Of a stretch of 63,046 nucleotides of DNA, positions 48,363 through 57,558 are shown one piece after another. Both the position numbers and the translations under genes were made by a program. The DNA is from a virus. Taxonomy: Duplodnaviria > Caudoviricetes. Position 1 is the first letter of the stretch. The number at the start of each line of letters is the position of its first letter. Under the pieces are notes generated by a model. It ran no database searches and was not told the origin of the DNA. It worked only from the letters and a program-made list of their open reading frames with translations. Location of the stretch: positions 1-63,046 of IMG/VR virus record IMGVR_UViG_3300028891_000010. The stretch is one strand, 5' to 3'.

Positions 48363-49627
48363 GACTTTAACCTAGCAGCTAGATTCTTAATGGTTTTTAA
48401 TATGTAAGGATACCCACTTATTTCTTTGTCAAAAGACTTGTTAAAGCTAAATTTGTCATGAAGGTTTTTTATCTCTCTCAAGGACTGTTTTAGAAGCTCT
48501 AAAGTAACCTTTTTACCGTTACTCAGTAAGAAAGATCTAACTATAACCTCTTTCAGATGTGCAGGAGTTAATCCTTCAGATATCCTAGCAATACATGCAA
48601 GAGATTTTTTCTTATTTTCTATATCTATATTTTCACTGTATCTCCAAAGAATTTTAAATCTAAGAACTGCATCAGGTAGCTTAAACTCAATAATATCGTC
48701 AAATCTTCCAGGACGATCTATTAAAGTTTTGGGAAGCCTTTCAGGAAAATTAGTAGTTAGTATAGTTAGTATTCCTTCGTTAGGTACCAATCCATCCATC
48801 TGAGTCTTAATAGTGTCTAGTGTTGGTCCTTGTAAGCATCTATCAATGTCCTCTATAAAAAGTATTGACGGCTGTAACTCTCTAGCCATATCGAATAAGT
48901 AGGAAGTTTTCAAATGCATAAAGTCTGTTGCAGTTACCCATATAAAAGTAGCGTTTTTAACAGTATTCATTATAATTTTTCCTGACAAGGTTTTTCCAGT
49001 GCCAGGAACACCTGAAAAAATAACACCTCGTTTAAAAGGAATATTTGCTTTTTCATATTTCTCTTTGTGATTAAAGAAACTAAATACTGTGTCATTCAGC
49101 TTTTGAAGAGTACTCTTATCTAGAATTATCTTATTACTATCTATACTGGATAATGGTAAGAATTTTCCAAATGGAGTTATTTTTTCGTTCTTCCAAGGAT
49201 TATTATTATTGACGAAACGATGAATGTCCTTTACAAAGGAATCAATAAACGAGTAGTCCTTATCTCTACCATAAATAACAAGCTTTTGACAGTCAAAGGC
49301 AGGGTAAAAATGAATTACCAAAGGAACAGTGTCTTTAACGATAATAAACCCACTTACTAATAACCTTTCTTTAGTGTCTCTACCTACTTCAAGCAGTTCA
49401 TAAGTAGCGGGAACGTATGTTTCGTTATACTTTAAATTAATTATCTTCACTTCTTTTTCTTTCACTGCATTTTTTAGTCCTTTAGAGTAAAGAGCTACCT
49501 TATAAAAAGGAATCTGGATATCCAAACGAGTCTGACCGAAAACATCTACTCCTAAGATTTTTTCTAAGACTCTATCTAGCAAGCTTTTAGAACCCATGCC
49601 TTGGGGTAACTGAATTTCCTTTTTCAT
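48359..49627 (-). CDS. AAA+ ATPase from an internal in-frame start (422 aa)
   Basis: AAAAGGAGGTATAGAG-ATG at 49627, in frame with the long ORF. Confidence 0.55.
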   Translation of the reverse strand: MKKEIQLPQGMGSKSLLDRVLEKILGVDVFGQTRLDIQIPFYKVALYSKGLKNAVKEKEVKIINLKYNETYVPATYELLEVGRDTKERLLVSGFIIVKDTVPLVIHFYPAFDCQKLVIYGRDKDYSFIDSFVKDIHRFVNNNNPWKNEKITPFGKFLPLSSIDSNKIILDKSTLQKLNDTVFSFFNHKEKYEKANIPFKRGVIFSGVPGTGKTLSGKIIMNTVKNATFIWVTATDFMHLKTSYLFDMARELQPSILFIEDIDRCLQGPTLDTIKTQMDGLVPNEGILTILTTNFPERLPKTLIDRPGRFDDIIEFKLPDAVLRFKILWRYSENIDIENKKKSLACIARISEGLTPAHLKEVIVRSFLLSNGKKVTLELLKQSLREIKNLHDKFSFNKSFDKEISGYPYILKTIKNLAARLKS

Positions 49628-52600
49628 CTCTATACCTCCTTTTGATATTAACAATTCACAAAGAGGAGCTCTGTTAATAATTGTATAAGAGTTAATTTTA
49701 TCAGCTTTAACTCTCTGTAGCTTGCCTCCACAAATAGGACATATTAAATTGTTAGGAAGTTCTTCATCGCTATCTATAGTATAGTCACACTTTTCACATC
49801 TATAAACGTATTTAGGTTTTTCTTTAGAAGGTTTTGTAGGTTCTGTAGATACAGGCCAAGGTAAAGGATCACCATGAGGAGAAGTTATTTGACCTAAATC
49901 ATCTGCTTTTAATAAAGCTTCATAAAAAGACTGTGCTTTTTCTACACTCATTCTATCTATAACTAAATAACTATCAGGCTCTTTCTTATTGGGTTTAAGT
50001 GTAATAACTCTACTCTGAAAAAGAGTATAACGAATTTTGCTGTTAACTTTTTCTTTTTTATACTCAGTAGCTGCTATGTTTAATATCTGCCCTACTTCAG
50101 CCTTGATCTCAGTATTAAAGGTTTTTCCAAGAACTCCATACCATTTACCGTTTAGCTCTTTTATAGGTGTAAACAAGTCTTTTTTATCTTGAGGTATTCC
50201 GTAACCTACTGTGTAATTATAAACATTTTTATTTTTGACTTTGTGAACTTCTAAGACTATTGTATCTGCCTCATAGCTATACTTCGCTTTTACCCATGTC
50301 ATAGTCTTACCATCTAACTCATAAACTCCACTATAAGCTTTTATCATTAATCCATCTATTCCATTTAATCCTCCTAAACGATAAGATCCTAAGTGATGCT
50401 TTAAATAGTTAAATTTCTTTACTAATTGTTCTTTAGTCTTAATATCAAATCCAGGACATAGTACAAAGTGCTTTTTGAATTTTTTAGAGACCTCTTTTAA
50501 AACTTTTAGTCTTTCCGATAAAGGTTTATTGTGTAAATCTTCTCCATTGTAATAAAGAATGTCGAATACAAATACTCTAACATTCTCATCAGATCCTGGT
50601 TTTTTAGCTTGAGACCACTTCATTAAATCGTGTCTAGATAACCATCTATTTTTATTAGGATCCCATTCCATTAGTTCTCCATCTAAAATAATACCTGAAT
50701 CATGTAAAGTTGATAGTTCTTTAACTAAACTAGGAAGCTTACTTGATACATCTTTCATAGCATCTTCAAAGTAGATTAAACTTTTTTTGTTAGCATCTTG
50801 AGAAGCAATCATTCGAAAGCCATCAATTTTATATTCTGCTCTAACTTTACCTTCTTGCTCTACATAAAACTTACAGAAGTACTCCCAAGCTTCTTCTGGA
50901 TCAAAGTATTCAAGTTCGTGGTAAGAGCTAGCGGTTGCTTTCAAAGGAGGAAATCTCATAAGAGGTTTAAGCTTTTTGTCTTTTTGGATAGACTTACCTA
51001 CTCCAGGTCTATCACATCTTCTCATTTCTCCATTGCACCGAGGACACTTAATATCCTTACAGTGGTTATCAGATATCATCTTATAGCCGCAGTCTAAACA
51101 CTCACAGCAGAACTTCTCTTTTTTGAAATGAAGTATAAATTTACCATCGTAGTATCTAAAAGTAGCTGGTCTTATTATAACTGCGTCGTATTTATTTTTA
51201 ATTGAGCTTAAAAAACTCCACAGTTTACTCTTTTTAACTATCCATCTAATAGGCAAATAAAAAGGTCTATCTGCTTTGTTTAACCATTTCTTGTGCATGA
51301 ACAATAATCTATTTATAATGATTTCTTTAAATAAGTTATCGCTTCTATACGCTAACAAGTCAGTAATAATCTCCTTATTATTATCCGTTATTACATGCTC
51401 ATAAATTAGTCTGTTTTTCTTATCAACTACTATTCCATGCTTGCCTTTGATAAGAGGCTCTATTACATACGTATCAGACTTGAAAGGAAGTTTTGGAATA
51501 ATTTTACAAGATTTATAAAATTTAGTATAGTCAGGAAGTCTAGGGTTAACTATATTGGGTGAGTCTTTTTTCTTTAATATCAAATCATATACATTTAAAA
51601 CATCACCATGAGATATCTCATTTCCTATATAGTGAGGATTGTATTTTTTTAAAAACTGTTTAATGGCTTTGTATATGACTTCTGGGGATATTATATCTAA
51701 ATCATTAGGATCACTCTTGTGTAAAGACGAACCAACAAATCTAACTATATTGCTCTTAATAACTATCTCATCCTGCAGCTCATTCCATATCTCATAAACT
51801 TTTATTTCTCTTCCTAGAATACGATATGTTTTTTTATCTAGATCATTAATTACACGATGTTTTAATCCTCTCCTAAACATTTCTTTAACTACTAAAACAT
51901 GAACTTGAAGAACTTTATTAGTTTTCTTAATGGCCCATAACTGATGACACCTTAAGTGAACCATTAGTAACTCTTTTTTAGAAATTTTTCTAAGTATATC
52001 GGGATTGTTTAGGATAGTATCGAAGCCCGGCTTCAAAACAAACTCGTCTCTTTGACTATATAATTTATTTAAGTCTATTAATAGCTTTTCGCCTTCTTTA
52101 GCTGTCCTTATTTCTACTATTTTACAGTTAGGATGTTCTTTTTTATATTTTTTAAGTCTTTCTTTTAATATTTTGTTGGCTTTACTAAATTCGGGCCACT
52201 GATTTCCCATTCCAGTAAACAGAGTATATTTATTATTTAGACTTAGTATGAAATCTAAATGTTCCAATACAGCTACATGATTATTCAAAGGTATTTGATG
52301 ATCCCAGTAAGCACCATCTAAAATAGCTAAGATGTTATTAGAAAAATACTTAAGTTCATATTCGTCCCATATTGGACCTCCATCTGACATATATACAAAA
52401 ACGTTATCTATATTATAAGCAACAGTAGGAAAACGAGGATCGTGAAATACTTTTAAAGCTTTTATAGTGTGATCTACTATTTTGAAAGGTTTTTTAGTAC
52501 CAATAGGAACAAATAAATAGTTGCTATAGGATTTTTCAGACCATCTTAGTTTAATTCTTTCAAAGACTTGAGGTAAAGCGTATAGTTCGACTGTTTTGTT

Positions 52601-52846
52601 ATTTTCTTCTAAGAATTTGTTAAAAGTTGGTATTCCGTCTACTGCATCAGAGTGAAAGTGACTAATTAATACATGAGTCACATCTAAAAGCTCTTCTTTA
52701 GTTGCTTTTTCTAATATATCTTTACCTACATCTATCAAAATAGTAACGGGAGGAGATATGATAAGACAAGAAGGCTTATACTTTCCTAAATAAGACTTGG
52801 GAGGTTTGGTTGTTTCTGCTCCTGTTCCTAGTATTTTTATAATCAT
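48359..52846 (-). CDS. 1495-aa multidomain protein: MBL-fold hydrolase, NTase-like, Zn ribbon, ATP-dependent DNA ligase, capsid-like peptide, Zn ribbon, AAA+ ATPase
   Basis: ILGTG, SHFHSDAVDG; VGS..DLD; EYKIDG, ILDGEL, VFDILY, DGLMIK, WVKAK; GVPGTGKT, FIEDID, TTNFP, RPGRFD. Confidence 0.85.
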   Translation of the reverse strand: MIIKILGTGAETTKPPKSYLGKYKPSCLIISPPVTILIDVGKDILEKATKEELLDVTHVLISHFHSDAVDGIPTFNKFLEENNKTVELYALPQVFERIKLRWSEKSYSNYLFVPIGTKKPFKIVDHTIKALKVFHDPRFPTVAYNIDNVFVYMSDGGPIWDEYELKYFSNNILAILDGAYWDHQIPLNNHVAVLEHLDFILSLNNKYTLFTGMGNQWPEFSKANKILKERLKKYKKEHPNCKIVEIRTAKEGEKLLIDLNKLYSQRDEFVLKPGFDTILNNPDILRKISKKELLMVHLRCHQLWAIKKTNKVLQVHVLVVKEMFRRGLKHRVINDLDKKTYRILGREIKVYEIWNELQDEIVIKSNIVRFVGSSLHKSDPNDLDIISPEVIYKAIKQFLKKYNPHYIGNEISHGDVLNVYDLILKKKDSPNIVNPRLPDYTKFYKSCKIIPKLPFKSDTYVIEPLIKGKHGIVVDKKNRLIYEHVITDNNKEIITDLLAYRSDNLFKEIIINRLLFMHKKWLNKADRPFYLPIRWIVKKSKLWSFLSSIKNKYDAVIIRPATFRYYDGKFILHFKKEKFCCECLDCGYKMISDNHCKDIKCPRCNGEMRRCDRPGVGKSIQKDKKLKPLMRFPPLKATASSYHELEYFDPEEAWEYFCKFYVEQEGKVRAEYKIDGFRMIASQDANKKSLIYFEDAMKDVSSKLPSLVKELSTLHDSGIILDGELMEWDPNKNRWLSRHDLMKWSQAKKPGSDENVRVFVFDILYYNGEDLHNKPLSERLKVLKEVSKKFKKHFVLCPGFDIKTKEQLVKKFNYLKHHLGSYRLGGLNGIDGLMIKAYSGVYELDGKTMTWVKAKYSYEADTIVLEVHKVKNKNVYNYTVGYGIPQDKKDLFTPIKELNGKWYGVLGKTFNTEIKAEVGQILNIAATEYKKEKVNSKIRYTLFQSRVITLKPNKKEPDSYLVIDRMSVEKAQSFYEALLKADDLGQITSPHGDPLPWPVSTEPTKPSKEKPKYVYRCEKCDYTIDSDEELPNNLICPICGGKLQRVKADKINSYTIINRAPLCELLISKGGIEMKKEIQLPQGMGSKSLLDRVLEKILGVDVFGQTRLDIQIPFYKVALYSKGLKNAVKEKEVKIINLKYNETYVPATYELLEVGRDTKERLLVSGFIIVKDTVPLVIHFYPAFDCQKLVIYGRDKDYSFIDSFVKDIHRFVNNNNPWKNEKITPFGKFLPLSSIDSNKIILDKSTLQKLNDTVFSFFNHKEKYEKANIPFKRGVIFSGVPGTGKTLSGKIIMNTVKNATFIWVTATDFMHLKTSYLFDMARELQPSILFIEDIDRCLQGPTLDTIKTQMDGLVPNEGILTILTTNFPERLPKTLIDRPGRFDDIIEFKLPDAVLRFKILWRYSENIDIENKKKSLACIARISEGLTPAHLKEVIVRSFLLSNGKKVTLELLKQSLREIKNLHDKFSFNKSFDKEISGYPYILKTIKNLAARLKS

Positions 52847-54260
52847 TTAAATTATTATTTCTTGAAAGCTACAGCCTACTTTATTAGGTACTTTGATCCT
52901 AAACAATCGATTATTTATGTTTACTATATAATAACTACCAGATTCCATATTTTCATTTTCAACTAACTTAAGTTCAAAGTATCCATTAGAATTAGAATAA
53001 AAAGTCTTAGTTTCGTTAATTAATATTATATTATCCCTGTATCTGACAGTACTTTTACACAGAGATACTTTAATTGGCACATTATCTATATCAGATAAAT
53101 CATTTGCAATATCTGTAATCCAACCAGTGACAGTGCATACAGTAATATCGTCTTTATCACTTCCTACGTAGTCATAGTTTACTTCTAACTCGCTTAATTC
53201 TGGTGAATTAAATCCATCAGAATGCAGTATAGCTTTAACATATACTTCTGATGGGTTGCCAGGAAAATTATTTAAGTTGTTATTAACCTCATCTATCGTA
53301 TTTGCTTGAGAATAACTTCCATCGGACTGAACCCAACTACTTCCATTCCAGTAATAATCAGTATCATTCACCTTTATGATATACTTAATATCAGTCCCTG
53401 AAGGTTTAGTACTAGTTTCTGATAAAGAGATAATCTCGTCTGTCCGAATTGATGACTTAGGATATATAATTGGGTTACTAGTAGAATAAGGAAGCTGACC
53501 GTTTCCTGAATTATATCTTATAGCTATATCATCAGAAGATAATACTCGTGTATATATAAGCAGCTCATCGATTAGTCCTTTAAATAAAAGACGTGGCTGT
53601 TGTGCACTGCCCCATCCTCCTATGAGGAGATCAATATCAACTTGTATAGTCTCACTAAGAGTATCTTTAAGTATAGTTAGAGAGACTTGAGAGCCATCGA
53701 CGTACATCTTTACTCCTGATGCAGATGAGCTACCGTCATAAGTAACCACTAAATGATGCCAATTTCCATCATTGTATGTATATCCGGTTTGAACAAATAT
53801 ATAGTTTTCTGGAGTAGGATAAGTATTCACTAAGTAAAATCTAATTCTACCTCCTGAGTCTATCATTATATTCCATCCTCTATAGTCACTAGAGGCCTTT
53901 CTTCGAGCTATAATCTGTTGACTGATAGATTCTGATGTTTTAAACCAACACTCCACGCTAAAAGGTTGGTCTCTTTCAAAATTACATATGTTTCCACAGT
54001 CAACATATGCATCTCCATCAAAATTTATACAGTTTCCTATCTTTCCAGTAGTCCAACTTTCTTTGTTTAATGTGCCGTTTCTATTATTTCCTGAAAAGTC
54101 CTTAACTATCAGTCCCCCCCCCCTCTTGCATAGAGTACCAAGTATACGCGTTCGTAACAGTAGTTTTTAACTTAACTACACTATTAGAAACAGTAATTTT
54201 AGCACTATCAAAGTTATAATTAGAAGGGTTATCAAAAGGATAGGTTACTTTTAAAGCCAT
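52847..54260 (-). pseudogene. LamG/ConA-like virion protein interrupted by a G10 tract (470 aa if G9)
   Basis: ATG 54260 with SD AGGAGG; G10 at 54114-54123 gives a stop at 54102-54104; removing one G joins KDFSGNNRNG..FSVECWFKT..WHHLVVTYDG..IDELLIY. Confidence 0.85.
54114..54123 (-). repeat. G10 homopolymer
   Basis: Ten consecutive C on the + strand. Confidence 0.95.
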
Positions 54261-54270
54261 ATTGCCTCCT

Positions 54271-54705
54271 TTAAGTTGAAAACGTAAGTAGTATTAAAGT
54301 AGTATTCAGAATAAATCCTCTACTTAGTTCTTCTATCCAATCACTATGTTTTAATGAATATTTATTAACTAAATAGTTAATTAATCCTAGTAAAAGAGAG
54401 CAAACTATGCATCTTAGAATAAATCCCACTATATTTCCGCCGAAGAAGATGTAAGGTAAGTAAGCTAAAGAACACATAAAGCCGTGAAAGTATAAATTAT
54501 CATAACTGAATAATCTATCCCAATAAGTAGTTAAAGAACCGAAATAAAGTAGAAAAGAAATTAAATGTATATAAAAAGGAGCTTTAATTTTTAGTAAAGA
54601 TAGAGTTAGTAATCCTATTAAAGGAACTCCTAAATCTCTTATTTTGGTGTTAAATATTCCACCTAATCGGTATAAAAAAGCTGAAATTAAAGATAGAATA
54701 AGCAT
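54271..54705 (-). CDS. multi-pass membrane protein
   Basis: Several hydrophobic segments; LYRLGG..RDLGVP..TTYWD..EELSRG. Confidence 0.65.
   Translation of the reverse strand: MLILSLISAFLYRLGGIFNTKIRDLGVPLIGLLTLSLLKIKAPFYIHLISFLLYFGSLTTYWDRLFSYDNLYFHGFMCSLAYLPYIFFGGNIVGFILRCIVCSLLLGLINYLVNKYSLKHSDWIEELSRGFILNTTLILLTFST
54274..54283 (-). promoter_or_regulatory. late-gene motif GTTTTCAACT
   Basis: Just upstream of the LamG gene SD. Confidence 0.6.
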
Positions 54706-54914
54706 TATAATTTTCCTTCTTTTTTTAGTTCTTCTATTGCTTGTCTTTCTAAAATCTCTTTTTTCTTTTCTTCTATCATCTCTCTAATTCTTATCTCTTC
54801 TTCTGCCTTCTTTGCTTCTTCTAATCTTTTCTGATATTCTTCATCACTTATTTCCTCAAAAACTTCTTCTATTTTGCCTGCCCTTACATCAACTCTTAGT
54901 CTTCTTATTTTCAT
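54705..54914 (-). CDS. small fibre-associated protein
   Basis: Charged 69-aa ORF after the fibre gene. Confidence 0.55.
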   Translation of the reverse strand: MKIRRLRVDVRAGKIEEVFEEISDEEYQKRLEEAKKAEEEIRIREMIEEKKKEILERQAIEELKKEGKL

Positions 54915-54915
54915 A

Positions 54916-56103
54916 CTATCCCCTCCTTGCTTTAAAAAGTATAAATCTTGAATCTGCTCCTATTCCATTTGTTTGTTGAGCCTGAATTCTTATTGATGTT
55001 ATATTTGTGTCAGTCGTATTCTTTGCTATCGCTTTCGCTATATATTTGATTGAAGATGGGGATTCATAATTCATACTAAATATACAGCGAATATGATTAT
55101 CGGGTTTTAAGGATATTGTGAATTCGCCTTCACACGTTTCACCAGCCGCAGCATACAGACAGGATGGGTCATTACTGCGACCTGCATTTGCGTTTGAACC
55201 GTTCCCTTGTAAGTATTGGTTATAGTAGTTTGTATTGGTTGTATCACCATTGAAGTATATGTAGAAGTTCTCTCCACTACCTGTAGGATTTTTAACCGAA
55301 GCAAATAATATATAAAACCACGCACTATCTCCATCCAAGTTATCAAAGTCTATAGAGTCGCAATTAGAACTAACTTCAACTTCACTTACCTTTTCCATTA
55401 AGTTAGGAGCTAAATTTACTACTTCTTTTAACTGAGAAGCTGAAACTTGATTAGCTCCTCCATAGTCAAGATATTGATCTTTGTTTTGTTCGTGTTTTTT
55501 ATCTACTGCATCGGCAACATCTGTTTTTGTTTTTCCTCCAATTGTTTCTACTGTTGCATTTCCCACTGTTCCAGACAAGTCTCCTCCTGCTGACTCACTT
55601 CCTGCTGTATGAGCTTTACTTACTGCATCTGCTACTTCTGTATCAGTGTTTGTTGAAACTTCTAAACCAGTTTCATCTGATTTTACTTTAAATAACTTAC
55701 CTGCTAAACCTGAATAGGAGTTTGGAGTATCTTCTAAATCAGTGAATTTAGCTACTGCTGTCGCTACTTCTCTAAACCACCCCCTTTGCGGAGTATAAAA
55801 TAAACTATCCTTGGATGATAAAGATACTCTCTTTAAGACTTTCTGGCTTGTTCCGTCATCTATCTTAATAACTACATTATGACTTGTGTCGTCTGCATTA
55901 TAAATGCTAACAAAACGAACAAGCCTTTTTCCAGAAGAAGGACTGTTAACTAGTGTTACATCAGTAGTATCGTTAGTAGTTCCTTCAGTACTTCCAACTT
56001 CATCATTAGCAGTATCGATATAAGATGCATAAAAATGAAGTTGGGTTGTAGCTGTTCCTTCTAATACTATCTTTAATGTGTGGCTTGTATCTAGTACTAT
56101 CAT
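54916..56103 (-). CDS. putative tail fibre/receptor-binding protein
   Basis: FTDLEDTPNSYSG..KVKSDETGLE, VADAVxKxH repeats, beta-rich C-terminal domain. Confidence 0.6.
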   Translation of the reverse strand: MIVLDTSHTLKIVLEGTATTQLHFYASYIDTANDEVGSTEGTTNDTTDVTLVNSPSSGKRLVRFVSIYNADDTSHNVVIKIDDGTSQKVLKRVSLSSKDSLFYTPQRGWFREVATAVAKFTDLEDTPNSYSGLAGKLFKVKSDETGLEVSTNTDTEVADAVSKAHTAGSESAGGDLSGTVGNATVETIGGKTKTDVADAVDKKHEQNKDQYLDYGGANQVSASQLKEVVNLAPNLMEKVSEVEVSSNCDSIDFDNLDGDSAWFYILFASVKNPTGSGENFYIYFNGDTTNTNYYNQYLQGNGSNANAGRSNDPSCLYAAAGETCEGEFTISLKPDNHIRCIFSMNYESPSSIKYIAKAIAKNTTDTNITSIRIQAQQTNGIGADSRFILFKARRG

Positions 56104-56104
56104 G

Positions 56105-56479
56105 TTAATTATAAAACCACTTTTTCCAAAGATATCTCTGCTCTACCGCATTCTTAATTTCTTGAGCTGTAGCGCTATAATTCCCATCATCTATACTTTC
56201 AGCTTTATCTACAATACCATCATTATTAGTATCATATACTGATTTTAACATATCTCCAGAGCCTGAACCTGATGTAGGGTATCCTAAATTATGCCACTTA
56301 TTGTCTTCTTTCCAATACTGATAAACTTTATTTTCACTTCTTACATATCTACATTCTCCATCTAAAGGAAGGTCAATGTTGTTTAATTCATCTAAAGAAT
56401 CTACTGGCTCTCTCCATACTATCGGAACTATTGCAGATTCATCTACTTTATTTGTGATAGGGTTATAGTTAATTTTCAT
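56105..56479 (-). CDS. virion/fibre-associated protein
   Basis: GSGDMLKSVYDTNNDGIVDKAE, a motif typical of phage fibres. Confidence 0.55.
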   Translation of the reverse strand: MKINYNPITNKVDESAIVPIVWREPVDSLDELNNIDLPLDGECRYVRSENKVYQYWKEDNKWHNLGYPTSGSGSGDMLKSVYDTNNDGIVDKAESIDDGNYSATAQEIKNAVEQRYLWKKWFYN

Positions 56480-56482
56480 TTT

Positions 56483-57151
56483 TTAAAACTCCCACTTGTA
56501 GTAAAGAATAATTCTTTTATCTCCTTCTTTAAAACCTATTCCATAACCCAAACCTAAATAACTATTATCTATTTTTTTAAATTCTATTTTATAAGACACG
56601 CCACCGTAAAATCCTTTGTTAGTAAGAAAAGTATCTAATCTCCATTTAAACCATTTAAAAAGTTGTAATCCAGCTCCTACTTCTCCTTTTTTCTTGCTAT
56701 AACCTAAGATTCCGATGGGTTTTATTTCTACTCCGTAGGGCTTTAACCTCTCTCTTAAAACGGGTATATCTTTAACTTTTATAGTTTTTAAAATAGTCTT
56801 CTTATCCCTATCTACTACTTCCGCCGTTCCATCTTTTTTAATATGAAGATAGTGTTCGTTTAACTTAATAAAAGTCTCTTTTCCTTTCAAATCAAAAGTA
56901 GGTATCCTTTCTCTTAATCCCATATATTTTCCCCAACCGAATACTGCTAAAATTATAATAGAGTAAATAATTAGTTTTCTTAAATTAAAAAAGTGATAAA
57001 AATCTTTAACCCATAACACAGGCTCGTTTAGTTTAAAGAACTTTTTAAATTTATTCTTATCAAAAAATTCCTCTCTCACCTCGTTAAACAGAAACTTTCT
57101 AAAAGAAACTATTATTATTCCTATTAAGACACCTATTAGTATTTGAATCAT
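56483..57151 (-). CDS. membrane protein with N-terminal TM helices and C-terminal beta strands (lysis-related?)
   Basis: Two hydrophobic helices; Gly/aromatic strands ending YYKWEF. Confidence 0.55.
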   Translation of the reverse strand: MIQILIGVLIGIIIVSFRKFLFNEVREEFFDKNKFKKFFKLNEPVLWVKDFYHFFNLRKLIIYSIIILAVFGWGKYMGLRERIPTFDLKGKETFIKLNEHYLHIKKDGTAEVVDRDKKTILKTIKVKDIPVLRERLKPYGVEIKPIGILGYSKKKGEVGAGLQLFKWFKWRLDTFLTNKGFYGGVSYKIEFKKIDNSYLGLGYGIGFKEGDKRIILYYKWEF

Positions 57152-57177
57152 TTAAAAACCTCTATTTTAACTTAATT

Positions 57178-57375
57178 CTAAGCAGCTCCTTTTTCCTCTT
57201 TGCTCTTAAAAACAGGTTTACCAAACATTAGCTTTATTTTATAGATCTCTAAACAACTAGGGCATCGTTTATAGATGTATTTACTAGTCCAATTTTCTTC
57301 TGATTTTACACAGTAAGTTTGTAAAGCAATTCCACATTTTTTACATTTAAAAATTTCTTCGTTGAGTAATTTCAA
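57178..57375 (-). CDS. small zinc-finger protein
   Basis: CKKC ... CPSC. Confidence 0.5.
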   Translation of the reverse strand: MKLLNEEIFKCKKCGIALQTYCVKSEENWTSKYIYKRCPSCLEIYKIKLMFGKPVFKSKEEKGAA

Positions 57376-57558
57376 CTATTTACCCCACTTCAAGTAGCAA
57401 AACATTATTACTACAAGTAAAAAATAAATAGCATTAATTATCTTTGTGGATCTATGGTTGTGAAGGTGATTAGTAAAATGCTTGTCTAGATTCTGTAATT
57501 TAACCTCTAAGACAGCAATTCTTTCTAAAATCTCTACAAAATACTTCTTAACGTCCAT
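57376..57558 (-). CDS. small coiled-coil plus TM protein (holin-like)
   Basis: ILERIAVLEVKLQNL..TNHL then a C-terminal TM; SD GGGAGG. Confidence 0.55.
   Translation of the reverse strand: MDVKKYFVEILERIAVLEVKLQNLDKHFTNHLHNHRSTKIINAIYFLLVVIMFCYLKWGK

Noticed and set aside
53956-54170. GTG 53956 as the LamG start, and + strand ORF 53988-54170
   Set aside because: The LamG reading frame continues upstream to the G10 tract; the + ORF is its shadow.
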